Below are positions 26,462-36,002 of a stretch of DNA of 64,000 nucleotides, in pieces (position 1 is the stretch's first letter; the number at the start of each line of letters is the position of its first letter). Source of the stretch: an uncultured Spirochaetota bacterium (GTDB lineage: Bacteria > Spirochaetota > UBA4802 > UBA5550); NCBI GenBank assembly GCA_963827275.1, contig CAWHAA010000006.1, positions 96,001 to 160,000 of the forward strand, read 5' to 3'. The position numbers were made by a program, and so were the translations under genes. A model generated the notes under the pieces. That model searched no databases. It was not told where the DNA came from and was given only the letters and a program-made list of their open reading frames with translations.

Positions 26462-27808
26462 ATGAAACGTTTAGCGCTGTCGATTATCATCATGGTCTTT
26501 GCATCGCCCTTCGGTTCATCCGCATTCGCTGACCCGTTCTCGCCTGACGGGGATTATCGCACCCCGAAAGAACAAAAGCAGGAGTACAACCACGTACTCG
26601 CCATCGGCATCGACAATCCGTTCAGCAAGGGCACCAACGAATGGTCGCCGCTGTTCGCCTATTACTGGTTCGGCGATAATTTCAAGAACCCGGACCTGTA
26701 CGCGCATGTAAGCGTCACCACCACCAGGATTACGGCCATCTTCGGGGCGAAGACCGACAGGATCTATGCCGGGATCAAACCGATTATCGAACACTCCACC
26801 TACTCATCATGGCGGTCCTATAACCGCGGGTATGAAGACGTCCGCCGCGCCATCGGCGGGAACAATGTCGGCGTGGGCGCGTTCTTCCAGTATAACTTTC
26901 TCCGCATATTGTCGGCCAGGGTGTTTTTCCATCCCTCCTATCACTTTTACCATTTCCCGATGCTGACCGAGAACCTCCACAAGTACGTGAATGTGCCGAA
27001 AAGGCACTGGCAGCTGAAACCGGGCATTGAAATCATACTTTCCGACCTCCAGGAGAAGGACCTGAACCGCGTGAGGCACGGGTACCTGTTCCGCGCGGAA
27101 TACAACTACGCGCGGAGAGTGGGGTACGGGACCTGGTACGATTATGACCGGGTCTTCTTCCGGGAGAAGTATAACAATATCTGGCTGCCACCCATTGAGC
27201 CCCATACCACGCAGGGCGTCTGGTACCGGTCGAGGGTCAAGGACACCCACCGGGTCTATTTCAACGCGGGGCTCTATTACAACTTCAAGGGCGATTACAA
27301 TCTCCAGTTCGATTTTTACGGCGGCTATTTCAAGAACGTCGACCGGAACAACGCGGAGCATATCGGCTACCTGCAGCAGGACCACGCGGTCATGCCGGGT
27401 TATTTCGACACGGAATTCTATCACAATCTCTACCTGATCGGCCGCCTCCAGCTCGGCATCCCGATCCCCTTCTGGGGCATGAGGATACAGCCGGGGTTCA
27501 ACCTTCTCTACATGCCGAAAAAGAACGAGGTCATCGGCCAGCGCGAGGGCGTGATCGCGTTCGGTACCGGCGCTCTTATAGGCTACCAGAGGCTGGGATA
27601 CCGGGGGTATCCGCGGACGCTCTATTCCAGCGTTTCGTGCGGGTTCTCGCTCCTTGTCGGCAACCTGTTGCCGCTTTTCATCGACTATGCCTACGGCATA
27701 GACGCGCTTCGTACGGGGTCGTCTCATAACGTGTATTTAAACCGGACCACCCGGGGCAGCCATGAGCTCCAGGTGCTCGTCGTTGCCGCGTTCGACAAGA
27801 ACGAATAG
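26462..27808 (+). CDS. hypothetical exported protein, probable outer-membrane beta-barrel
   Basis: Signal peptide ending SAFA; Tyr/Phe/Gly-rich alternating beta-strands (GVGAFFQYNF, YFNAGLYYNF, IDYAYG). Confidence 0.65.
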   Translation: MKRLALSIIIMVFASPFGSSAFADPFSPDGDYRTPKEQKQEYNHVLAIGIDNPFSKGTNEWSPLFAYYWFGDNFKNPDLYAHVSVTTTRITAIFGAKTDRIYAGIKPIIEHSTYSSWRSYNRGYEDVRRAIGGNNVGVGAFFQYNFLRILSARVFFHPSYHFYHFPMLTENLHKYVNVPKRHWQLKPGIEIILSDLQEKDLNRVRHGYLFRAEYNYARRVGYGTWYDYDRVFFREKYNNIWLPPIEPHTTQGVWYRSRVKDTHRVYFNAGLYYNFKGDYNLQFDFYGGYFKNVDRNNAEHIGYLQQDHAVMPGYFDTEFYHNLYLIGRLQLGIPIPFWGMRIQPGFNLLYMPKKNEVIGQREGVIAFGTGALIGYQRLGYRGYPRTLYSSVSCGFSLLVGNLLPLFIDYAYGIDALRTGSSHNVYLNRTTRGSHELQVLVVAAFDKNE

Positions 27809-27887
27809 ACCGCGGAATGCCGCCTGTTTCAGGCAATTCCGGCGTATAAATGTAAAGATAATCGACTGAAATACCGATTTCTTTACT

Positions 27888-28991
27888 ATGAAAAAGTATA
27901 TCCTTATCGCCGCTATTGTTCTGCTCTGCGCGGCAGGGTCGGTTTTTCTTTACGACGTTTTTGCATCATCTGCGGATGAAAACGACCCTGTCAGGCTTGA
28001 GGACGCGATCATAATACACGGGATAGAGATGGACTCGGATGTCCCGCCGTCTGACAGCGATGAAGATGAAGAAGAGGCGGCAGACGATGAAGTCACGGGA
28101 AAGATCATATACAATGACGCCTTTGACGACGCCGTTATCGAGTATGGGAAAAGAGGGCAGAGCGCGGGCGGCGAACGGGTCTCTGGCCTCGGTAACGGGG
28201 GCTTTGAGCGCCTCAAGCAGAAAGACCGGCGGTGGCACCTGAACCGGTACCGAATAAAGAAGAACGACAACCTCTGGAAGATAGCAAAGCGTTTTAACGT
28301 CCATCCCCACATTATAATAGGCATCAATGAACTTAACGACCCCGATATGCTGAAGCCGGGGCGGACGATACAGGTGCCGACACGAAAAGGGATTTTCTAC
28401 GAGGTCAAAAAAGGCGACAATGTTTCAAAGATCGCCAAACGATACAACATGAAGGGAAGGATCATTATCTCTCACAACCGACTCACACGCGGGGTTATAC
28501 GGCCGGGGCAGAGGATATTCCTGCCGGACGCGAAGGAGCCGGCCGTGCAACGGCAGGTCGCATCCGTTAAGAAGGGTGGCCGGCAGGGAATGATCGCCTC
28601 GCTGAAGGGATTCATCTGGCCGCTTCGCGGAAGAATTACGTCGGGATTCGGCACCCGTAAAGACCCGCTGAACGGAAAGCGTCAGTTCCATTGCGGCATA
28701 GATATCAGCGCAAATGTCGGCATGAAGGTGCGCGCCGCCGCTGACGGCAGGGTGATATTCAGCGGGTGGAAGACCGGGTACGGGAATGTCGTCATCGTGC
28801 GTCATGACGGCGGATACATAACGGTGTACGCGCACAACAGCAAGAACCTCGTTTCCGGGGATACCCGCGTCAAGCGCGGGGAGGATATCGCGCGATCGGG
28901 CATGACCGGCGCGGTGACCGGCGCGCACCTGCATTTTGAGATACGCAAATATGTCACTCCCCTTAACCCGCTGAGGTTGTTATCGAAATGA
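27888..28991 (+). CDS. LysM-domain M23 peptidoglycan DD-endopeptidase
   Basis: Two LysM domains (YRIKKNDNLWKIA, YEVKKGDNVSKIA); HCGID, VYAH and GAHLHFE M23 motifs; N-terminal signal/TM. Confidence 0.92.
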   Translation: MKKYILIAAIVLLCAAGSVFLYDVFASSADENDPVRLEDAIIIHGIEMDSDVPPSDSDEDEEEAADDEVTGKIIYNDAFDDAVIEYGKRGQSAGGERVSGLGNGGFERLKQKDRRWHLNRYRIKKNDNLWKIAKRFNVHPHIIIGINELNDPDMLKPGRTIQVPTRKGIFYEVKKGDNVSKIAKRYNMKGRIIISHNRLTRGVIRPGQRIFLPDAKEPAVQRQVASVKKGGRQGMIASLKGFIWPLRGRITSGFGTRKDPLNGKRQFHCGIDISANVGMKVRAAADGRVIFSGWKTGYGNVVIVRHDGGYITVYAHNSKNLVSGDTRVKRGEDIARSGMTGAVTGAHLHFEIRKYVTPLNPLRLLSK

Positions 28992-30046
28992 AACAGTCAC
29001 TGGTTGCCATCGGCCTGCTCTGCGTCCTCTGCGCCCCCGCGCGCGCCAATATGATAATGGAAAAGGGCGCGGAGAAAATGAAGGTCTTCTATACCATGAC
29101 CGACCGCGAGGGGTGGTACGCTGTGCTGAAAGGAAAGATCATATCATATTCCTCGAAGGACGAATTTGATGCCACGGACCTTTTCGGGAGGGCGCAGGAC
29201 AAGAGCAAGGCGACGGTCCGCCTCTACAGCGCCGAGGGAATCCACGAGGGCGACACCCTGTACGTAATCAATGATAAAAACCTGATCGTCGCGAAGATGA
29301 AGGTCCGCACGATATTCAAAAGCGCTTCTTTCGGGGATGTCCTGGTAGGGTATGGCAATTTCAGGCTCAGCTCGGTGGGCGACCGCGTGATCCGCAGGGC
29401 GGAAGAGGAGGATGCCAGATATTCCTATATCTTCAAGGCCCGTGGCGATTACTATGACAGCACCGGGCGCCAGGGTGAGGCGATCCGGGAATACAAAACA
29501 TCGCTGAAGATGGACAAGAACAACCCCGCAGCGCACCTCGCGCTGGGGATGGTATACATGAAGCAGGGCCTTGAGCAGTTTGCCCTGCGGGAGCTGCAGG
29601 AGGGGTACCGTGACATTAATTTCCTTTATGACAACGAGGACAAATTCCTGCTGCTCAGGAGCATCGCCGAGATCCGCTACAGGGAGGTATATGAATCCTT
29701 CGTGCCCGTGAAGATGAGGGACCAGTACCGCCGCGAGGGGATCCGGGTATGCAAAGAGGCCCTCGCCATCTACCCGAAATCAGAGCTGATGAACTACTAT
29801 CTCGGGGTCTTTCACTACAGGGCCGCTGATCCCGACGATACGGCCGCTCGGGACTATCTCCTCAAGGTGCTGGACATCAACCCGCAGCATCCCGGCGCCT
29901 GCGTGGCGCTCGCGGAATTGTATTACCGGCATGAAAACATGGCGAAAGCGCGGAGCTACGCGGAGCGGGCCCTCGATGCCGACCGTTCAAACCGCCGCGC
30001 CCGTGATATCATAAAGTATATCGAATCAAAAACCAGGGTCGATTGA
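28988..30046 (+). CDS. exported tetratricopeptide-repeat protein
   Basis: Signal peptide; TPR-like repeats (AHLALGMVY, NYYLGVFHY, ACVALAELY); ATGA overlap with the M23 gene. Confidence 0.8.
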   Translation: MKQSLVAIGLLCVLCAPARANMIMEKGAEKMKVFYTMTDREGWYAVLKGKIISYSSKDEFDATDLFGRAQDKSKATVRLYSAEGIHEGDTLYVINDKNLIVAKMKVRTIFKSASFGDVLVGYGNFRLSSVGDRVIRRAEEEDARYSYIFKARGDYYDSTGRQGEAIREYKTSLKMDKNNPAAHLALGMVYMKQGLEQFALRELQEGYRDINFLYDNEDKFLLLRSIAEIRYREVYESFVPVKMRDQYRREGIRVCKEALAIYPKSELMNYYLGVFHYRAADPDDTAARDYLLKVLDINPQHPGACVALAELYYRHENMAKARSYAERALDADRSNRRARDIIKYIESKTRVD

Positions 30047-30082
30047 ACCCTTCCGGTACCGAATAAGGATTGCAACAGACTG

Positions 30083-30105
30083 ATGGCGCCCTGCGGCGCC
30101 ATTTT
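30083..30105 (+). terminator. probable intrinsic terminator
   Basis: ATGGCGCC-ctgc-GGCGCCAT-TTT, 36 nt after the TPR gene stop. Confidence 0.5.
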
Positions 30106-30190
30106 CATGCTCCCGGCGCACCATCCGTGCTTAATCTTCTTGACATTTCCAGGCAGTGGTTTTAAATATTTTTCGGGGTATCCTTTTTCT

Positions 30191-30649
30191 ATGTTAATTT
30201 ACACCTTATTTTTCTGCCTGCTGACGTCTTTCACGCTCCATGCCGTCATCATTGCCCTTTTTATCAAGAACAAGAAGCCATTATACTTTTTCTGGTTTAT
30301 CGCCACGGTGTTCCTCAATATGGGGATCGCACTTGCGCTGATCACGATATCGCTGACGCGGCCTGACCTGGTCCGGCAGCTGAATCTGAAATTCTTCTTC
30401 TGGCTGCTGTCGGGATTTATCACGCTGCTGCTGCTGTGCGTAAAAATCTTCATATTCAGAAGCATATATAAGCGGAGCAGGGACCCGAAATGGTATCATT
30501 TCAACCACTTCGGCAAAAAGGTATTTGAAAAGGGGATCGTCAGGCAGAGCGAATTCATAGGGATTTTCGGATCGCTGCCGTTTTTTCTTTTTATCGGCGC
30601 TTATTTTGTATCGCGCCTGCTCAATATGATGCTCTATGGCCGCATGTGA
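30191..30649 (+). CDS. hypothetical membrane protein (about 4 TM)
   Basis: Four hydrophobic segments; start moved to ATG 30191, downstream of TTGACA-17-TAAATA. Confidence 0.75.
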   Translation: MLIYTLFFCLLTSFTLHAVIIALFIKNKKPLYFFWFIATVFLNMGIALALITISLTRPDLVRQLNLKFFFWLLSGFITLLLLCVKIFIFRSIYKRSRDPKWYHFNHFGKKVFEKGIVRQSEFIGIFGSLPFFLFIGAYFVSRLLNMMLYGRM

Positions 30650-30727
30650 CCGGGCGCGTGCCGGTCAGCATGCTCGGGGCGCCGTCGTGACGGGGCGCAA
30701 CAAGATTGTAATACGGGGAGTGAGGCA

Positions 30728-31141
30728 GTGAAGGTACGGATTGAAGACATCATCGTTAACTACCGGATACGCAACGAGATCGGCGATATTGCTGACCTCA
30801 TGGAATCCATCAGCAAATACGGACTGCTGAATCCTATCACTATTACTGAATCCAGGGAGCTTCTTGCCGGGTTCAGGAGGCTCGAGGCCTGCAAGGCGCT
30901 CGGCATGTCGGAGGTGGAATGCCGCGTCGTCCCGGCACTTACCGACATCGATAAATTGCTCATCGAGGCGGACGAGAACCTGACCCGGAAGGAGCTCACC
31001 GTGACGGAGGTCGGCCGCTATGAAAATGAGAAGCGCTACCTCCAGGCGCACGGGCTTGAAAAAGCGCGGCTCTGGGTCATCCGGCTGTTCAGGAGGATCG
31101 CCGAATGGTTCAGGAAGTACGTTCTCCGGCGCCCTGTCTGA
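30728..31141 (+). CDS. stand-alone ParB/Srx N-terminal-domain protein
   Basis: GLLNPITI, LLAGFRRLEA (GxRR) and EADENLTRKELT motifs; no HTH follows. Confidence 0.85.
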   Translation: MKVRIEDIIVNYRIRNEIGDIADLMESISKYGLLNPITITESRELLAGFRRLEACKALGMSEVECRVVPALTDIDKLLIEADENLTRKELTVTEVGRYENEKRYLQAHGLEKARLWVIRLFRRIAEWFRKYVLRRPV

Positions 31142-32288
31142 CCTGCCGCCGGGCGAACCGCGATATGACTTCGATATGGTGGGTGCAGGGAAACATGTCG
31201 ATCAGGGACATCCTGTCAAGCCGGTAGCCTCCCATAATGAAATCCTTCGCATCGCGGGCAAAGGTGGACGGATTGCAGGAGACGTACACAATCGCGTCCG
31301 GTTCCATGGCCAGGATCGTGCTTCGCGTTTTCCTGTCGATGCCGGCCCGGGGAGGGTCGATCACGACCAGACCGGGCCGCATGCGGCCCGGATGGATGCG
31401 TGCGGAAGGCATCGCCTGGAACCGCACATTTTCAATACTATTATCAATCGCGTTCTGCCGTGCCCACCTGATGCTCTCGCTGTTGATGTCGATCCCGAAG
31501 CCGTTCCCTGATGTTCCGGCCAGCGCGAGGGTGAAAAATCCCACGCCGCACCCGATGTCAATGAATGACCCGGCCCGGTCGATGCCGGCGTACTCCTTTA
31601 CGATCTCCATCATCCGTCCGCGGAGGATCCGGTTGGCCTGGAAGAACTGCTGTATCCCCCGCATGAACGTGAGCCCCCCGGCGGTGTCCCTCACCACCGG
31701 CCCGGGTTCCCGCGAGCTGATGACGCGTCCGGTCGAATCAGCCGCAATCCGGAATCCGCCGGGGGCCTGCTGATTGTCGTCAATCCACCTGTTCAATTCA
31801 GGGGCCAGGAGGAGGCAGCCGTGGCCGTGAAGCGGGATCAGCTCGTTCGATCCTTTCCGGTAAAAGCCCTGGCCGTCGCTGCCGGCCTTCAGCGTGGCAT
31901 GGCTCCGGTAATTGAACCGGTCGCCGGCGGCAATGGCGATCTCCGGCAGTTCAGCCGCATCCATCCCGGCCATTCTCGCCATGCAGTCAAGAAGTATGAT
32001 TTTCTTGAATTGAAGCTCGCAATCGTATGAGAGGTGCTGGTAACAGCAGCCGCCGCATTGCTCATGGAAAGGGCACGCGGGCTCGATACGGGAACCGGAC
32101 CGGCTGACGATGGTCTCAACCGCGCCGAGGGAATAATCTTTTTTGTCTTCGGTTATGCGCACCAGGACTTCTTCGCCGGGAGCGGTATAGGGGACCAGGA
32201 CGGCCTTGCCGTCAAGGCGGCCCAGGGAATACCCGCCGTAGAGGGGCTTTTCAATGAGGAGGGAAATGGTTCGTGCTCGTTGGGACAT
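31110..32288 (-). CDS. rlmD: 23S rRNA m5U methyltransferase (RlmD/TrmA family)
   Basis: TRAM domain, CPFHEQCGGC Fe-S motif, FFQAN, DIGCGVG, DPPRAG, YVSCNPST, DMFPCTHHIE. Confidence 0.9.
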   Translation of the reverse strand: MSQRARTISLLIEKPLYGGYSLGRLDGKAVLVPYTAPGEEVLVRITEDKKDYSLGAVETIVSRSGSRIEPACPFHEQCGGCCYQHLSYDCELQFKKIILLDCMARMAGMDAAELPEIAIAAGDRFNYRSHATLKAGSDGQGFYRKGSNELIPLHGHGCLLLAPELNRWIDDNQQAPGGFRIAADSTGRVISSREPGPVVRDTAGGLTFMRGIQQFFQANRILRGRMMEIVKEYAGIDRAGSFIDIGCGVGFFTLALAGTSGNGFGIDINSESIRWARQNAIDNSIENVRFQAMPSARIHPGRMRPGLVVIDPPRAGIDRKTRSTILAMEPDAIVYVSCNPSTFARDAKDFIMGGYRLDRMSLIDMFPCTHHIEVISRFARRQVRQGAGERTS

Positions 32289-32441
32289 ATTTCAATCGAT
32301 CCGCATAAATTCTGTTTGACAATCGACCGTCACCGGCGTATCAGATTTGTGTTATGCAGGGATGTAACAATATCAGTCAATCCATTTCCGATATTACAGA
32401 TAAAATGGAGTGATTCTATCATTTCGCTTCCGGGCAATCAA

Positions 32442-34001
32442 ATGAAGAATATCGTGATCGTACTGCTCTTTTTCGCGCACCTCGCGGTGATACCCTCCTG
32501 CAAGAGCAGAGGTGTCATGGAGAAGGAACCGAATAATTCATTCTCCACTGCGGGCGCGGTTACGGTGGACGCGTCGCATCTCGGGTACATGGGCGGGCCC
32601 GGCGACCGTGATTTTTACATCTACTCTTCAGAGGGCAGGGGGGCCATCGACATCCAGGTCTCGGGTGTCAAGGGGATCAACCTGGCCTTCAAAATCTGGC
32701 GCGGGGAAGAGGAGCCGCGGCTCCTGAAATATGTCGATGATAACCGGAAATCCTCACCGGAACGGCTGGCAAACCTTTCCGTGGCGCCGGGCACCTATTA
32801 CATCGAGATTCTGCAGAGCGACCGCGATGCCAAAAAACCGAACAGGGAGATCCCCTATGAATTAACGCTGAAGATGAGGGATGCTGTCTCGGAAGAATCG
32901 GAACCGAACGACTCGAGGGACGATGCGGACACCCTGAGCGCGGATGGCGGGATTACCGGCTATTATTCACCCGCCTACAACAGGCTCAATGAGGAAGGGG
33001 ACACCCTCCACCGCGAAGAGGACTGGTTCGTGCTGGATATCTCGCTGAAGCAGGATGAGACCCGGCTCCTGGACCTGTCGCTTTCAGGGGTGATCGGCAT
33101 AAATTCGGTCATGGCCCTCTATGATTCAGGGGGAAACCTCCTGGCGGAAACCGATAACGGAGGTCCTGACGAGCCTGAATCGATATCAGGGGCGGGGATT
33201 AAAAAATCAGGGAGCTATTATGTCCTCGTGTGGTCAAAAGGATATACCGCCAGCCATGAAGAGCCCTATCGACTGGCCGCCACCCTCAGAGAGCACGATG
33301 CAGGGGTTGAGATCGAGCCAAACGGGGACCCCGAAAGGTGCAATGTAATTCAAAACAATATTATAACGGGACGGATCAATACAAAGGACGACATTGATAT
33401 GTTTCTGTACGAGGGAATGGACGGTCCCTCCTTTTTCAGGATTGAGCTGAAGCCTCCCGAGGACATGGACGTCATGCTGGCGATCCAGGGGAATGACCGG
33501 GAAAAGATCACGGAATGCAATAGTGGCGGCAGGGGCAAGAAGGAAGTGTACCCGAATTATTTTGCAGCAGGAAGCTTCTATATAACAATAACGGCAAAGA
33601 CAGGGGAGAAGCTCCCCGATGGCGAGTATGTGCTGACCGTTGCCCCGCTCGGCGACAGGGAGGGCCATGAGCGGGAGCCGAACAATGAAATTGCGCAGGC
33701 GGGGCAGATCAAAGGAGCCTCCGTCACCGGTTATACCTCGTCGAGGGGCGACAAGGACTATTTCAGGATCAGCCATGATGTGCGGGTGAAGGAGCGGTTC
33801 GAGATTCGCGGACCGAAGGGCGGCGCGATCAGGGTGTCGATTACCGATCCGCTCGGTTATATCATAAAAACCATTGACGCGGTGGGCGATCGGGCCATGA
33901 CGTTCAGCGAGATGATTGACAAGAAAGGCTATATTATCGTAGAGTCCATAAAAGAAGATTACGATGCTCCGTATATCATATACTTCAGAGGTGCACAATG
34001 A
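32442..34001 (+). CDS. lipoprotein with four tandem PPC-like (pre-peptidase C-terminal) repeats
   Basis: Lipobox-like VIPSC; repeats EKEPNN/ESEPND/EIEPNG/EREPNN, each followed by DxD-aromatic (DRDFY, EEDWF, DIDMF, DKDYF). Confidence 0.72.
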   Translation: MKNIVIVLLFFAHLAVIPSCKSRGVMEKEPNNSFSTAGAVTVDASHLGYMGGPGDRDFYIYSSEGRGAIDIQVSGVKGINLAFKIWRGEEEPRLLKYVDDNRKSSPERLANLSVAPGTYYIEILQSDRDAKKPNREIPYELTLKMRDAVSEESEPNDSRDDADTLSADGGITGYYSPAYNRLNEEGDTLHREEDWFVLDISLKQDETRLLDLSLSGVIGINSVMALYDSGGNLLAETDNGGPDEPESISGAGIKKSGSYYVLVWSKGYTASHEEPYRLAATLREHDAGVEIEPNGDPERCNVIQNNIITGRINTKDDIDMFLYEGMDGPSFFRIELKPPEDMDVMLAIQGNDREKITECNSGGRGKKEVYPNYFAAGSFYITITAKTGEKLPDGEYVLTVAPLGDREGHEREPNNEIAQAGQIKGASVTGYTSSRGDKDYFRISHDVRVKERFEIRGPKGGAIRVSITDPLGYIIKTIDAVGDRAMTFSEMIDKKGYIIVESIKEDYDAPYIIYFRGAQ

Positions 34002-34465
34002 AAAAGGCCGTGTCCCGGCTCTCGGTACTGTTATTAATATCCCTCATCGCGGGATGCGCAACAACCCCTGACGGAGGAGTTGACGCCGGCGACCCCTACA
34101 AGCGGCCTGAAAAGTATAATTTCCGCTTCGTCGGGGCCGATGCGGAGATAGACAATCCTGAAAATGACCGCCATTCCTACTACAAGGTTTTTATCGACAA
34201 GGCCGAGGAGGGAAGGACCACAACCGGGCTTGAATCACAGGCCAAGTCATACGAGGCCACGCTGCAGCCAAACCGGCACCTGATCACGGTGGAAAAGTGG
34301 GTGCTTGACCGGAAAACGTCGAGCTATGTCAAGCTGAACAACATCGAGCAGCCGAAGCCGAATTTTTTCTATTTCGACCTGCCGGAAAACAGGGTCGTGA
34401 CCATCGACATGAAGACAATGAAGGACGGACAGGCCGAATACAGTGTCGATTTTGAGAGGAAGTAA
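33998..34465 (+). CDS. hypothetical lipoprotein
   Basis: Lipobox LIAGC; ATGA overlap with the upstream gene. Confidence 0.78.
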   Translation: MKKAVSRLSVLLLISLIAGCATTPDGGVDAGDPYKRPEKYNFRFVGADAEIDNPENDRHSYYKVFIDKAEEGRTTTGLESQAKSYEATLQPNRHLITVEKWVLDRKTSSYVKLNNIEQPKPNFFYFDLPENRVVTIDMKTMKDGQAEYSVDFERK

Positions 34466-34472
34466 CCCGCGA

Positions 34473-34491
34473 GGCGGGGCAATGCCCCGCC
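34473..34491. terminator. GC hairpin between convergent genes
   Basis: GGCGGGGC-aat-GCCCCGCC in the 36-bp gap; no clear U-tract. Confidence 0.45.
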
Positions 34492-34501
34492 CCCGGTTCC
34501 G

Positions 34502-35536
34502 TCAGTCGAGTATGCTGCTGTCCGGTTTTTCCTTCCGGGATACCCTGTTCTGGTAATAGCTCTTTGCGACGGCAAGGGGGAGCTCGTAATCCTGCCGCGC
34601 GTTCCACATGATATACCCCTTGATCCCCGCGTCGTGGGCGGCCTTTACCTGGTCGTGGACATATTTTTCATAGGGGATGCCCGACATCTTCATCTTGAAC
34701 GCCTGTATGTAGGTGACGATCATGGCGTTTTTGCTTCTCTCCTTCGCCCGTACGGAGGTTTCATGCACCGTGTAGTAGGGGTCGGTATAGAACTTCTTGC
34801 TCCAGGTGTAATGTGACGGATAGGCCATGGGACAGATGATATCGGCGACCTTGTCGAGGCTCTCCATCTTCTGCCCGATGATATCGTCCCTGTTGAGGGG
34901 GATCCGTCCGAACACGTCGGCTGCGATGAGCACGTTGTATTTTTTTATCCGGGCGCGCGCCTTCAGTATGAAATCCTCTATGTATTTGTAGCGCTCGGCG
35001 TAGGTGAGGTGACGGGTGCTTCCCGAATCATTGAAGCGTATGTAGTCGAACTGTATCTCCTTGAACCCGTTTTTACAGGCGTCTTCGGCTATCGTGATCC
35101 TGTCCTCGATGTGGCTGTCGGAGGCGGGATAGTGCCTGAGGCCGTCCGGGAACACGACGATACGGGCGATCGGATGTATTCCGTTGTCCTTGCAGTACTG
35201 GACGTTGACGGCGGGGACCATGCACTTGACGAATTTGGCGCTCTGGACGTCAAGCACCATGGTGTTCATCCCCGCGGATTTCGCCTTTGCGACCAGCTCC
35301 TTGAGCCTGGTGATATTGTTGGCGGAGGACACGGTAAGGTAAATCCCGCGGTAAAACTCGGGATAGCGGTAGTTGCTGTCTTCTGATGGGCTCCCGCTGT
35401 TTTGGGAGCTGAAAAATTGGGCGACGACGATATTGCCCTGCTGCGCTTCGTTCAATGACGTGAATATCCTGCCCGGCAGGTTGGTGACGATCAGGAAACC
35501 GGCGGTGAGCAGCAGCAACAGACAAAATTTTTTCAT
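34502..35536 (-). CDS. putative glycoside hydrolase (DUF4015-like TIM barrel), exported
   Basis: RGIYLT, ARIVVFPD, GFKEIQFDYIRF, ADVFG, CPMAYPSHY, YIQAF, WNA. Confidence 0.8.
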   Translation of the reverse strand: MKKFCLLLLLTAGFLIVTNLPGRIFTSLNEAQQGNIVVAQFFSSQNSGSPSEDSNYRYPEFYRGIYLTVSSANNITRLKELVAKAKSAGMNTMVLDVQSAKFVKCMVPAVNVQYCKDNGIHPIARIVVFPDGLRHYPASDSHIEDRITIAEDACKNGFKEIQFDYIRFNDSGSTRHLTYAERYKYIEDFILKARARIKKYNVLIAADVFGRIPLNRDDIIGQKMESLDKVADIICPMAYPSHYTWSKKFYTDPYYTVHETSVRAKERSKNAMIVTYIQAFKMKMSGIPYEKYVHDQVKAAHDAGIKGYIMWNARQDYELPLAVAKSYYQNRVSRKEKPDSSILD

Positions 35537-36002
35537 AAGGACCTCGGAATAGTAAATTTGAAGGATAGAAAAGCTTCTGCAGTGAAATAATAAAAGTATT
35601 ATTTTACATCAAACATGGTTTTTTCATTTTAAATGATACTATTCACACCACTGGCGTTCCGGTGATGAACACAGGTTTTCCATCCTATGGTTAATATCGA
35701 CATTGAGATCGGAATATATTTATAATTATACCAATTTCGCTAATTTTTTATAAACAATTTTTAATATAAATAATAATTATTTATTTTCTGCTATTGACAT
35801 GGGTATCGTTTTTTATTATCTATATTAATAATAAACAAAGTACGCAAATTGTCCGCATCACGCTGTCAAAAGGATACCTCAACGCGGATTTCAATGTACA
35901 AGTGATCCTGAACGTCAATCGGTCCAGGCTCGTTATTGATTGTATGCGACGTGCCATGAGTTTTCTTTTGTAAAAGCTAAAATTTTATTGTCACGGTGTT
36001 AC

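Noticed and set aside
32034..32441. Upstream extension of the 655-aa ORF
   Set aside because: It overlaps rlmD and the divergent promoter; the lipoprotein signal starts at ATG 32442.
35537..36002. Replication origin in the AT-rich gap before dnaG
   Set aside because: No clustered TTATCCACA-like boxes or dnaA neighbour seen; divergent promoters explain the AT richness.
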